Source: a virus. Taken from it: 43,066 nucleotides of DNA. The stretch's first letter is position 1. The number at the start of each line of letters is the position of its first letter. Below are positions 22,680-31,048 of the stretch, one piece after another. Location: positions 1 through 43,066 of IMG/VR virus record IMGVR_UViG_3300028831_000453; one strand, 5' to 3'. A model generated the notes under the pieces. The model did no database searches. It saw only the letters and a program-made list of their open reading frames with translations, and was not told the DNA's origin. Made by a program: the position numbers and the translations under genes.

Positions 22680-23779
22680 AGCTCAACCTCGATCCATGTC
22701 ACCGCATGAGCGGCGAGCTGCTGACCGTCATCGCTCGCGTCGTCACGAGCGAGTGGTACATTCGCGGTCCCGAGTTCGACGCCTTCAACGCGGAGTTCGC
22801 GGCCAGCATCGATCCGCGCGCCCACGCGGTGGGCGTCGGCAGCGGCACCGACGCCCTCTACCTGATCCTGCGCGCTGCCGGCATCGGTCCCGGTGATGAG
22901 GTCATCAGCCCCGCGATGAATGTCGCTTATACGGCGCTCGCGATCGCCAACGTCGGTGCGACGCCCATCTTCGCGGACGTGGACCCAGCGACGTTGACAC
23001 TCGACCCCTCGGCAGCGGCAGCCGCCATCACCCCGCGTACGAAAGCCCTGATCCCGGTACATCTGTATGGGTACATGGCCGACATGCGCGCGCTCGCGGA
23101 GATTGCCCAGCGCCATGCCCTGCTGCTGATCGAGGATGCCTGCCAAGCGCATGGCGCTACACTCGACAGCCGCGCAGCCGGCGCGTGGGGCGATGCAGCG
23201 GCCTTCAGCTTCTACCCGACCAAGAACCTCGGCGCGTTCGGCGACGGCGGCGCGGTCGTGTCGCGCGACGCAGCACTGATCGAGCGCATCAGCCAGCTCG
23301 CGGACGGCGGCCGCAGCGACCGCTACGAGCACGCCGAGGTCGGCATCAACAGCAGTCTCGATGAACTCCAAGCGGCGGTGCTGCGCGTCAAGCTCAGCTA
23401 CCTGTCCGACTCCACGACGACCCGGCGCGCCCTCGCCAGCCGCTACACTGAAGCCTTCGAGGGCAGTCCGCTTCAGTTGCCAGCGGAGCTACCCGGCTAC
23501 CGTCACGTCTATCACCTCTATGCGGCGCGCAGCCAGCAGCGCGACGATCTGCGAATGCGCCTCGCGGAGCACGATATCCCGACGCTCATCCACTACCCGA
23601 TCCCCGTCCACCTCCAGCCCTGCTTTGCATCCCTCGGAGGTCGCGTGGGCCAGCACCCGGTCGCCGAGCGCGCCGCGCAGACGCTGCTCTCGCTCCCGCT
23701 CCATCCCGAGCTAACCTACGACGACCAGCAGCGCGTCATCACGACGACGCTCGCAGAGGTAGCCGCCAGTGCCCATTGA
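22676..23779 (+). CDS. DegT/DnrJ/EryC1/StrS-family PLP-dependent sugar aminotransferase (367 aa)
   Basis: GSGTDALYL, IEDACQAHGA and FSFYPTKNLGAFGDGGAV (catalytic Lys context), plus INSSLDELQAAVL. GTG overlaps the upstream stop (GTGA). Confidence 0.9.
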   Translation: MKLNLDPCHRMSGELLTVIARVVTSEWYIRGPEFDAFNAEFAASIDPRAHAVGVGSGTDALYLILRAAGIGPGDEVISPAMNVAYTALAIANVGATPIFADVDPATLTLDPSAAAAAITPRTKALIPVHLYGYMADMRALAEIAQRHALLLIEDACQAHGATLDSRAAGAWGDAAAFSFYPTKNLGAFGDGGAVVSRDAALIERISQLADGGRSDRYEHAEVGINSSLDELQAAVLRVKLSYLSDSTTTRRALASRYTEAFEGSPLQLPAELPGYRHVYHLYAARSQQRDDLRMRLAEHDIPTLIHYPIPVHLQPCFASLGGRVGQHPVAERAAQTLLSLPLHPELTYDDQQRVITTTLAEVAASAH

Positions 23780-25754
23780 CATCGTCGCCCCGTCGGTCGT
23801 CAACCCGCCGCGCCCGCTGGTTGGCATGGGCCGCCAGTCCGACCGCGCCACCTACGCCCTGGCGCGCCAGCGCGCTGACAACGAGCGCTATGTCCAACTG
23901 GTGCGCGACCGCAAGCAGAAGTCTGAGCGCGTGTTCATGGCATACTATCAGCGCCTGGCGCGCCTCTACGACCGCTACCGTGGCATCTACAGCGGCAAGT
24001 TCGCCGCGTTCCGCAACAACATCCACATCCCGTTCATCTACAGCGTGATCCAGTCCGACGTAGCGCGGAAGGTGCAGATGTCACTCGGCAACTGGCCGCT
24101 GATGAGCTTCGAGGGCTACGCGCCCGAGGACGAGCCGATCGCGCGCAAGAACGAGCTGCTCGTGTCGGTGCAGTTCGAGGACGCCAAGCTCTACCAGAAA
24201 GCGATCGACTTCTTCCTGACGACCGACCTCTACGGCGTCGGCATCATGCGAGATGGCTGGAAGAGGGACATCCGCCGCAAGCGCATCCGGGTGCCACTTC
24301 CAGTGGCACCGGGCGTCACGATCGACCAGGTCGCCACCACCTGGCAGACCTTCTACGACGGTCCCAACTGCTACGTGGTCGATCCGCTCGACTTCATGCC
24401 GCAGCCCGGCATGCGCTTCATCGACGATATGATGTACGCCACCGAACGCTACTGGCGCGACCTCGACGACATGCGCGCCCAGGTCGCAGCGGAGATCGCG
24501 AACGGCATCCCGCGCGACGAGCTGTCGTTCGATCCAGCGGCGCTGGATCAGGTCGCCGCGACCGGCACCGAGAGCGACGCCGGCTCCCGCCTGATCGAGC
24601 GCTTGTCCATCTATCGCAACCAAACCGACTGGGAAGCGCGCAAGGGCGACAAGTATTCCAAGACCGTCGAAGTGTGGGACCACTGGTGTGCGCTGCCTGA
24701 CGAACTCGTCCCGCCCGACGGCATCCGCCACCGGCAGTTGATCGTCCTCAACGGCCGCGTCCTCGCCAAGAACGCGCCCAATCCCAACGATAACGGTGAG
24801 AAGCCCTGGACCAGCTACTCGATCGGCGACCCTCACTACTTCCACGGTGTCGGCAAGAGCGAGCTGCTCGAAAAGCTCCAGGCCGCCGCCAATCGGCTGA
24901 TGAACCACGTGCTGGACGTGCAGGATTTGACGCTCAGTCCCGTGTTCCTGGCGAACAGCAGCATCTTCCCCCATCAGAATCTGGTGACGCAGCCCGGCCG
25001 CGTGTTCTCGATAGATGGACCCGTGGGCGACGACGTGATCCGGCCGATCGCGATCGACCGCCAGGGCCTCCAGACCGCGATGCCCCTGGTCAACCTGATG
25101 TGGCAGTACATGCAGCAGGGCTCGGGGATCGTGGAGGACATCGTCCAAGGCGGCCAGGGCCAGCGCCAGACCGCGCGTGAGTTCCAGGGACGCCAGGAGG
25201 CGGTGATGACCCGCCTCATGATGGAGTCCCGCATCGCCGAGGAGATGTGGCTCGAACCGCTCGCCAACCGCTTCCGCATGCTCAATCGCCAGTACCTGCC
25301 GCTGCCGAAGCAGATGTCGATCTTGGGCTCGCTCGCGCGCTTCAATCCCATCACCGGCAGTCCCCTGCCGCCGGACCTCAACCCGACGATCACCCACGAA
25401 GACCTGTGGCCCGACTACCGGGCGCGTGCGGTAGGCGCCAACCAAACGATGATGCGCAGCGCGACGCAGCAGAACGTGATGATGCTGCTCCAGGCGATGT
25501 CCGCCAACCCGCCGCTGATGCAGCTCGTCAACTGGGTCAACTTCGCGCGCCAAATGTTCGAGGTGTTCGGCTTCAGGAACGTGCAGGAGCTGCTCGTGCA
25601 GCTCCCGCAGGTCGGCATGGGCAGCCAGATGATGGGCGTGCCGCCCGAGGCGGCGGCGACCGCGATGGGCTCGCCCGAGACGCTCGATCCCTCGCACATC
25701 CAGTCGATGATGGCTGCCGGCGGCGAGCTGGGCGGTCTCGCAGCACCCTTCTAA
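23769..25754 (+). CDS. Portal protein (661 aa)
   Basis: Large ORF between the packaging genes and scaffold/capsid. Size, position and the N-terminal segment (YDRYRGIYSG..NIHIPFIYSVIQSDVARK) resemble podovirus portals. Not verified by search. Confidence 0.7.
   Translation: MPIDIVAPSVVNPPRPLVGMGRQSDRATYALARQRADNERYVQLVRDRKQKSERVFMAYYQRLARLYDRYRGIYSGKFAAFRNNIHIPFIYSVIQSDVARKVQMSLGNWPLMSFEGYAPEDEPIARKNELLVSVQFEDAKLYQKAIDFFLTTDLYGVGIMRDGWKRDIRRKRIRVPLPVAPGVTIDQVATTWQTFYDGPNCYVVDPLDFMPQPGMRFIDDMMYATERYWRDLDDMRAQVAAEIANGIPRDELSFDPAALDQVAATGTESDAGSRLIERLSIYRNQTDWEARKGDKYSKTVEVWDHWCALPDELVPPDGIRHRQLIVLNGRVLAKNAPNPNDNGEKPWTSYSIGDPHYFHGVGKSELLEKLQAAANRLMNHVLDVQDLTLSPVFLANSSIFPHQNLVTQPGRVFSIDGPVGDDVIRPIAIDRQGLQTAMPLVNLMWQYMQQGSGIVEDIVQGGQGQRQTAREFQGRQEAVMTRLMMESRIAEEMWLEPLANRFRMLNRQYLPLPKQMSILGSLARFNPITGSPLPPDLNPTITHEDLWPDYRARAVGANQTMMRSATQQNVMMLLQAMSANPPLMQLVNWVNFARQMFEVFGFRNVQELLVQLPQVGMGSQMMGVPPEAAATAMGSPETLDPSHIQSMMAAGGELGGLAAPF
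23772..23780 (+). promoter_or_regulatory. CCCATTGAC motif, copy 2 (at the portal start, spanning the aminotransferase stop)
   Basis: Read directly. It lies within coding sequence, so it may be coincidental. Confidence 0.25.
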
Positions 25755-25765
25755 TCGGAGGTCCC

Positions 25766-26143
25766 TTGATCTCAATCCCCATCGACGCCTCGGCCGACGA
25801 GCCGAACGAAGCGCTCGAAGCCATTCGCCAAACGCTCATGTCGCCGGGCTGGCAGCGCTGGATGGCGCCCGCGCTCGCCCAGCTCATGGACCACGTCAAG
25901 AATCAGCTCGTGGCGCCGCCATTCAGCCGCGAGGAGCCCTACAACAAGTGGTCCGAGGAGCGCATTAGCGGCTTCGTGACGGGCATCGGCGTCGGCCTCA
26001 ACTCGTGGATTCCCAAGCTTCAGCAGTACGATCGCGCTCGCGCCCTCGCCGCGCTGGAGCAGCGCGCCGCCGCCGCCGAAGCGCGCTCCGAAGGCAGCCC
26101 CTACGGCAACGAGGACCACACGGAAGCGGTCTCGCCCCAGTAG
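25766..26143 (+). CDS. Hypothetical protein after the portal (125 aa)
   Basis: TTG 25766 lies 5 nt after GGAGG, in the GC3-rich tail of ORF 25247..26143. An alternative ATG start lies further in. Confidence 0.55.
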   Translation: MISIPIDASADEPNEALEAIRQTLMSPGWQRWMAPALAQLMDHVKNQLVAPPFSREEPYNKWSEERISGFVTGIGVGLNSWIPKLQQYDRARALAALEQRAAAAEARSEGSPYGNEDHTEAVSPQ

Positions 26144-26176
26144 CCCATTGACAGCCGGCACGGCTGTCGGCTGAAT
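26144..26176 (+). promoter_or_regulatory. CCCATTGAC motif copy 3, with TTGACA-N17-CTGAAT and an embedded hairpin GACAGCCG-GCA-CGGCTGTC
   Basis: Read directly, in the 109-nt gap upstream of scaffold and capsid. The hairpin spans 26150..26168. Confidence 0.4.
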
Positions 26177-26252
26177 CGCAGCAACTGGGTCGGCGCGAAT
26201 CCGCCGTCCCCAAGCTCACCCCAAAGCCAGCGAATCCTGGCGAGGACCCACA

Positions 26253-26993
26253 ATGACCGTCTCGAACCAGCCGCCAGCGAATCCTGCGGCCCCCGACGCC
26301 GATCCGATCAACACCGCCCTCCGCGACGTGAACTACCAGAGCGTCGATGAGTGGAAGGAAGCCACTCACGCGGCCCGAGGCCGCCTGCGGCAGCAGCAGG
26401 AGCAGCTTCAAGCTCTTCAAGCGCAGCTTGAAGAGGTGCAGCGCCGCATGTTGCCGAGCGAAGCTCGTCAGCAGCGCGACTCCGCTGCCGACCTCGCGAC
26501 CTACGTCCCGATGGACGCTCTCGACGCCTACGTCAACGACCGCATCCAGCGCAGCATCGACGGCACGATCGGCCCGCTCGTCAAGACCAACGCAGCCCTA
26601 ACCCGCGTCAAGGCAGCGATTCCTGACTTCGCGCGTTTCGAACCCGAGTGGCAGCAGTGGCTTGCTGCCAATCCCGACTTGAATCGACGTTTCCAGGAAG
26701 GCCTCTTGAAGGCCCCCGACGAAGCTGACCTCACGATCGCCGGAGCCTACAAGCTCTTCGAGACCGAGCGTCGCGCGAGCGCGCCCGAGCCCAAGCCGCC
26801 AACCGTCCCCAACTCCGCGACGCTCCCATCGACACAGGGCAGCGGCTCGGCGCGGGGCCAGGACGTGGGCGGCCCATCTCCCGAAGAGATGCAGGCAACC
26901 GTCAAGGCGGCCAGCGCTGGAAACGTCCGCGCCAAGATTCAGCTCATGAAGTGGCGTGGCATCATGCACCCGGAGCTACCGCCGCAGCCCTAG
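26253..26993 (+). CDS. Scaffolding protein candidate (246 aa)
   Basis: Located between portal and capsid. Gln/Glu/Leu-rich coiled coil (RLRQQQEQLQALQAQLEEVQRR) with low-complexity ends. Confidence 0.65.
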   Translation: MTVSNQPPANPAAPDADPINTALRDVNYQSVDEWKEATHAARGRLRQQQEQLQALQAQLEEVQRRMLPSEARQQRDSAADLATYVPMDALDAYVNDRIQRSIDGTIGPLVKTNAALTRVKAAIPDFARFEPEWQQWLAANPDLNRRFQEGLLKAPDEADLTIAGAYKLFETERRASAPEPKPPTVPNSATLPSTQGSGSARGQDVGGPSPEEMQATVKAASAGNVRAKIQLMKWRGIMHPELPPQP

Positions 26994-27030
26994 CGCCACT
27001 CGCGTGATCTGAGTCACCGGAGGTAACCGC

Positions 27031-28005
27031 GTGGCTCATCCAGTTCAACAGTCCGTCTATGAACTCGGCGGTCCGTTTGCTGGCGGCAGTTCCGTCATCA
27101 AAGAAGACCTCGCCGACGTTGTCATCAACATCGACCCCTACGACACTCCCGGCTACTCGACGTTCGCCAAGACCGTCGCCAAGTACACCAGCCACGACTG
27201 GGTGGTCGCATCCCTGAGCGCGACCAGCACAGCAGGCACCGAGGAAGGTAAGACCTTCGCACCCGCTGCGCGCCCCAGCCGCGTGCGTCTCATCAACCTG
27301 ACGCAAATCTTCGAGAATCCCTTCGTCGTCAGCGACACGATGCGCGCGGTCGATCCGGCCGGCGTCACCGACGAGTACATGCTGCAAGCGATGTACGCGA
27401 TGCAGGAGGAGACGCGTAACATCGAGTCCAGTATCTTCAAGATCGCTTCGACCAGCGCTACGGGCGACGACGCGGCTGGCACCGGCGCCGTGCGCGTCAT
27501 GAAGGGTCTGCGCGGCTTCAACGTCACCAACAACGCGACCTACTATGTCCAGTTGACGGCGCAGACTACGACTATTGCAACCGGCGACATCATCAACCTC
27601 CACGAAGCCATGTTCACCCTCGGCGCCAAGCCCGACAGCCTGTGGGTGTCGCCGGGCGTCAAGGCTGACCTGACCAAGGCACTCGTCGCCGCCGGCGGCA
27701 ACTTCCGCCTCAACATCGCCGCCAGCGACAACACGATGATCAACAACATCGAAGTCTTCCAGAGCGACTTCGGACTGCTGCCGATCATCACGGATCGATT
27801 CATCCCGCAAGCGTCGGCCTCGACGACGAGCGCCGCATGGTTCCTGATCGAGCGCTCCAAGGTCCGGATCGCGGTGCTGCGGCCGATGCACCACGTTCCG
27901 ATCGCGAAGCGCGAAGACGGCACGGCCGGCAACGTCATTACCGAGCTGACGCTCGAACTCATGCATCCCTATTGTGTGGGAGCCGGCACTGGCGTCACGA
28001 CCTAA
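27031..28005 (+). CDS. Major capsid protein, HK97 fold, DUF5309/SU10-type (324 aa)
   Basis: KEDLADVVINIDPYDTPGYSTFAKTVAKYTSHDW and LINLTQIFENPFVVSDT match the conserved N-terminal pattern of this capsid family as I remember it. GTG follows GGAGG. Confidence 0.85.
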   Translation: MAHPVQQSVYELGGPFAGGSSVIKEDLADVVINIDPYDTPGYSTFAKTVAKYTSHDWVVASLSATSTAGTEEGKTFAPAARPSRVRLINLTQIFENPFVVSDTMRAVDPAGVTDEYMLQAMYAMQEETRNIESSIFKIASTSATGDDAAGTGAVRVMKGLRGFNVTNNATYYVQLTAQTTTIATGDIINLHEAMFTLGAKPDSLWVSPGVKADLTKALVAAGGNFRLNIAASDNTMINNIEVFQSDFGLLPIITDRFIPQASASTTSAAWFLIERSKVRIAVLRPMHHVPIAKREDGTAGNVITELTLELMHPYCVGAGTGVTT

Positions 28006-28017
28006 GTCGATGGGACC

Positions 28018-28136
28018 GAGGGCTGGGTATCTGCTCCAGGAGCGGCAGCCCTCGCAAACCAGCCAAGTGTGGGCGGGGCGGAAACCCTGAGCCGGACGAC
28101 GCGCCCGCCCACAAACTGGCCCCGCAATGCGGGGCC
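28018..28136 (+). terminator. Three consecutive GC-rich stem-loops after the capsid gene (28018..28053, 28068..28113, 28118..28136): candidate attenuator or mRNA-stabilising structures
   Basis: Stems GAGGGCTG/CAGCCCTC, TGTGGGCGGG/CCCGCCCACA and GGCCCCGC/GCGGGGCC, read directly. No U-tracts. Confidence 0.45.
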
Positions 28137-28151
28137 GCATGGAGGTGGCAC

Positions 28152-28469
28152 ATGAAGCACCCGAAACCGCGCCAGGGCGCCGACTACCGCCCAATCGGCG
28201 CACACGGCAATGCCCGCGCCGCGAACTTCGACCACGCCATCGACAGCCAGGAATCGAAGCTCGCCGAGGTCGCTCGCGCGTGGGGCGTCGATCCCGACCA
28301 GTACATTGGCGAGACCGCCGACGGTAAGCTACAGTTCTTCGACGCCGGTCCCGACGAATCGAACGGCGTCACGTATGAGGGACCGATGCCCAACTCGACG
28401 CCCTACATCCCGAAGGTCCGCAAGCCCAGCGACCCGACGCCGGGCATCAAGAAGGGGCACGGTTTGTGA
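28152..28469 (+). CDS. Hypothetical protein after the capsid (105 aa)
   Basis: ATG 28152 lies 5 nt after GGAGGTGG, in the GC3-rich tail of ORF 27837..28469. Confidence 0.65.
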   Translation: MKHPKPRQGADYRPIGAHGNARAANFDHAIDSQESKLAEVARAWGVDPDQYIGETADGKLQFFDAGPDESNGVTYEGPMPNSTPYIPKVRKPSDPTPGIKKGHGL

Positions 28470-28804
28470 GCGACGCACCGCAGCAGTTCTACGTACGTAA
28501 TCGAGACAACGACTGTCTCGATTACATGACCGACGATCGCTACCTGATGCGCAAGATTCCGGAGATGCGGGATCAGTTCGCGCACATCCGCTCGCTCCAG
28601 GAGCGATACTGGGACCTCCGCAAGATCACCTCCAACGGCGCGGTCGTGGGCGGTGCTGGCGACATGAAGTCTGTGGCGCTGATCCCCAAGGATGTCTTCC
28701 TCGCGGCTGAAGCGCTGGAGCCTGACTTCGTGAAGGACAAGTCGAAGTTCTTTGCGTGGCTGGAGCGCAATCCGCAATACAAATCCAACAGGGGGCCGCG
28801 CTGA
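28466..28804 (+). CDS. Hypothetical protein (112 aa)
   Basis: GTG overlaps the upstream stop (GTGA). Confidence 0.65.
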   Translation: MSDAPQQFYVRNRDNDCLDYMTDDRYLMRKIPEMRDQFAHIRSLQERYWDLRKITSNGAVVGGAGDMKSVALIPKDVFLAAEALEPDFVKDKSKFFAWLERNPQYKSNRGPR

Positions 28805-30135
28805 TGCCGCCGCTCCGCATCTACAGCATCGCCAACACGGTGACGTACAACGCTTCGACCTACTATCGCATCGATGTCCCGTTGACGACGATGGAGGAAC
28901 TCGGCCTGCCGGTCGAGCCGATTGTCGATTCCGGCGACCCCTCGATCCCCAACATCAATCGCGTTCTGGCGGTCACGCAGGCCGACATCAACCTGTTCTA
29001 CCAACCGGTCAGCGACTCGCTGCGGGAGCAGATGATCCGGCTCAAGTCCCTCTACCCGGCGCGCGACGCGACCGGCACATGGAAGTATCCGCCGAGCTTC
29101 GTCGTGGACACGGATGACAACCTGTTCATGGTCCATCCCATGAATCCCCAGTTCCGCGAGCTGGGCATCCGCATGCCAGATGGCAAGCTGCTTCGCCCCG
29201 GCGACGAAGTCGGCTCGATCGACGCCGAGACCAACGAGCGCATCGTCCTATGGAAAGACGGCCAGCGCGGCTTCGACATCGCCCGCAACATCGATCGGCT
29301 CCGCAGCTATCGCGACATCCTGGCGACCGCCGAGGGCGTGACGTGCTCCACGCCGCGCAGCGCCGAGTACGTCACCGCCGAGTCCGGCAACACGAATACC
29401 TTCGTGTCTCCGAACATGGTCCGCTTCGATCACTACGACAAGATCGACCTGCGCAACCACGCGCCCGAGGTGTGGGTGCTGTGGCAAGGTTCGACCACGC
29501 ACTTCGAGGACTTCTACGACATCCGAAACGCCCTCCCACTGGTCGTGAAGCGCTACCCGCAAGTGCGCTTCATCTTCTGGGGCGCCCTCCACCCGTGGAT
29601 CATCCAGAACCTACCTAGCGACCGCTTCAAGTACATCCGCTGGTGTCCCTACGCGGAGTATCGCTTGCGCCTCGCGACCATCGGCCACGACATCGCGATC
29701 GCCCCGCTGCGCCCGCACCGCTTCAACCAGTGCCGTAGCGCCATCAAGTTCTACGAGTCGGCGGTGCTCGATCGGCCAGCGGCGTTCCTGGGCCAGGGCG
29801 GCGAGACACCCTACGGCGACGAGGTGATCGACGGCCAGACCGGCCTCTTGTGGACGAGCGTCGAGGACTTCGTGACGAAGCTCAGCACGCTCATTGAGGA
29901 CGAGACGACGCGCTACTACCTCGCGTCCAACTCGCGCGACTGGTTGAGCGAGCACCGCGATGCTATGAAGCTCGCGCGTCCGCTGTACGAGTTCTATCAG
30001 AGCGTGCGCGCCCGCAAGCGTGACACGACGGCGCTGCCCAGTCCCGAGGAGTGGGCGACCAAGCGCGACGAAATCCTGAGCGCCGTCAACGCCCAACTCG
30101 CCGACTCGAACGGCCAACGTGTTCACGCCGAGTAG
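28804..30135 (+). CDS. GT-B-fold (GT1/GT4-like) glycosyltransferase (443 aa)
   Basis: The C-terminal half has the GT-B donor-domain pattern: VWVLWQGS...RFIFWG, DIAIAPL, SAIKFYESAVLDRPAAF, EVIDGQTGLLW and LIEDETTRYYL. The ATG shares its A with the upstream TGA. By-eye assignment. Confidence 0.6.
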   Translation: MPPLRIYSIANTVTYNASTYYRIDVPLTTMEELGLPVEPIVDSGDPSIPNINRVLAVTQADINLFYQPVSDSLREQMIRLKSLYPARDATGTWKYPPSFVVDTDDNLFMVHPMNPQFRELGIRMPDGKLLRPGDEVGSIDAETNERIVLWKDGQRGFDIARNIDRLRSYRDILATAEGVTCSTPRSAEYVTAESGNTNTFVSPNMVRFDHYDKIDLRNHAPEVWVLWQGSTTHFEDFYDIRNALPLVVKRYPQVRFIFWGALHPWIIQNLPSDRFKYIRWCPYAEYRLRLATIGHDIAIAPLRPHRFNQCRSAIKFYESAVLDRPAAFLGQGGETPYGDEVIDGQTGLLWTSVEDFVTKLSTLIEDETTRYYLASNSRDWLSEHRDAMKLARPLYEFYQSVRARKRDTTALPSPEEWATKRDEILSAVNAQLADSNGQRVHAE

Positions 30136-31048
30136 TCTCGTCGCCAGTGCGGCGGCTGCCGTGGTCGCCCAAACGGCAGGTGCTGGGAGCGACGCGGAGT
30201 CGCTGACGCTGGCGACGAGATCACTCGACGCGGCCGCGATGCGCTGGAATCGCTTGAAGTGGAAGTTTCTGTACACGGAGCAGTATATCGCGCTGGCGGC
30301 GCCGTTCACGGTCACCGGGTGCTCGGTGACAGCGGGCTCGACGACGCTCACGACGACTGTCGCTAGCGGCTTCGCGAGTGTGCTCGTGGACGACCTGATC
30401 GTCGATGCCAACTCGCTCGCGGGCGAGGTGCTCGTCGCCGCCGGCACCGGGACCGCCAGCACCGCCGTCACGATGCTGGCACCGGCGCTCACCACCACGA
30501 GCGGCATGTCGATCACCTTCCGCAGGCCGCTCTACGCCATTGCAAGCAATGTAAAGTCAGTATATGACCTGCGGCTAGGCGGCACCGCGTTCGTTCGACC
30601 GCTGTTCTACATCCAGCGCCGCAGCTACGATCGGCGCATCATCGACCAAGTGTCCGGTAGCACGCCCGTCGCCTACGACCTGTTCCTCCAGTCCGATCGG
30701 GGCAAGCTGCGCGTCATCCCGCCGCCCGACGCCGCGTACACGCTGCTCTTCCGCTACCATCGGCGCATCACGCTGCCGTCGCTCAACGCGACCGCGACGC
30801 TCGACATCCCTCAAGATTACGAAGATGTCTTCCTGGCGTGCGCCAAAGCGAACTTCCTGACCGACAAGAAGGACGACGGCGACCGGCGCGCGTACTGGGA
30901 CCGCTACGCGCGTGAGGGCCTCGCGCAGATGCGCAGCGACGAAGCCTACCTGGCGGACGAGATACTGACCTTCGAGCCGCCGAGCTACGGCGTGTACACC
31001 AACTTCGACCCCGGCACCTACCCGCAGTGGGAGTGGGGGACGTGGTAG
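30119..31048 (+). CDS. Head-tail adaptor or tail-tubular-A-like structural protein (309 aa), function tentative
   Basis: Assigned on its position between the head genes and the giant tail protein. GTG start overlaps the glycosyltransferase by 17 nt. No diagnostic motif. Confidence 0.6.
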   Translation: MFTPSSLVASAAAAVVAQTAGAGSDAESLTLATRSLDAAAMRWNRLKWKFLYTEQYIALAAPFTVTGCSVTAGSTTLTTTVASGFASVLVDDLIVDANSLAGEVLVAAGTGTASTAVTMLAPALTTTSGMSITFRRPLYAIASNVKSVYDLRLGGTAFVRPLFYIQRRSYDRRIIDQVSGSTPVAYDLFLQSDRGKLRVIPPPDAAYTLLFRYHRRITLPSLNATATLDIPQDYEDVFLACAKANFLTDKKDDGDRRAYWDRYAREGLAQMRSDEAYLADEILTFEPPSYGVYTNFDPGTYPQWEWGTW

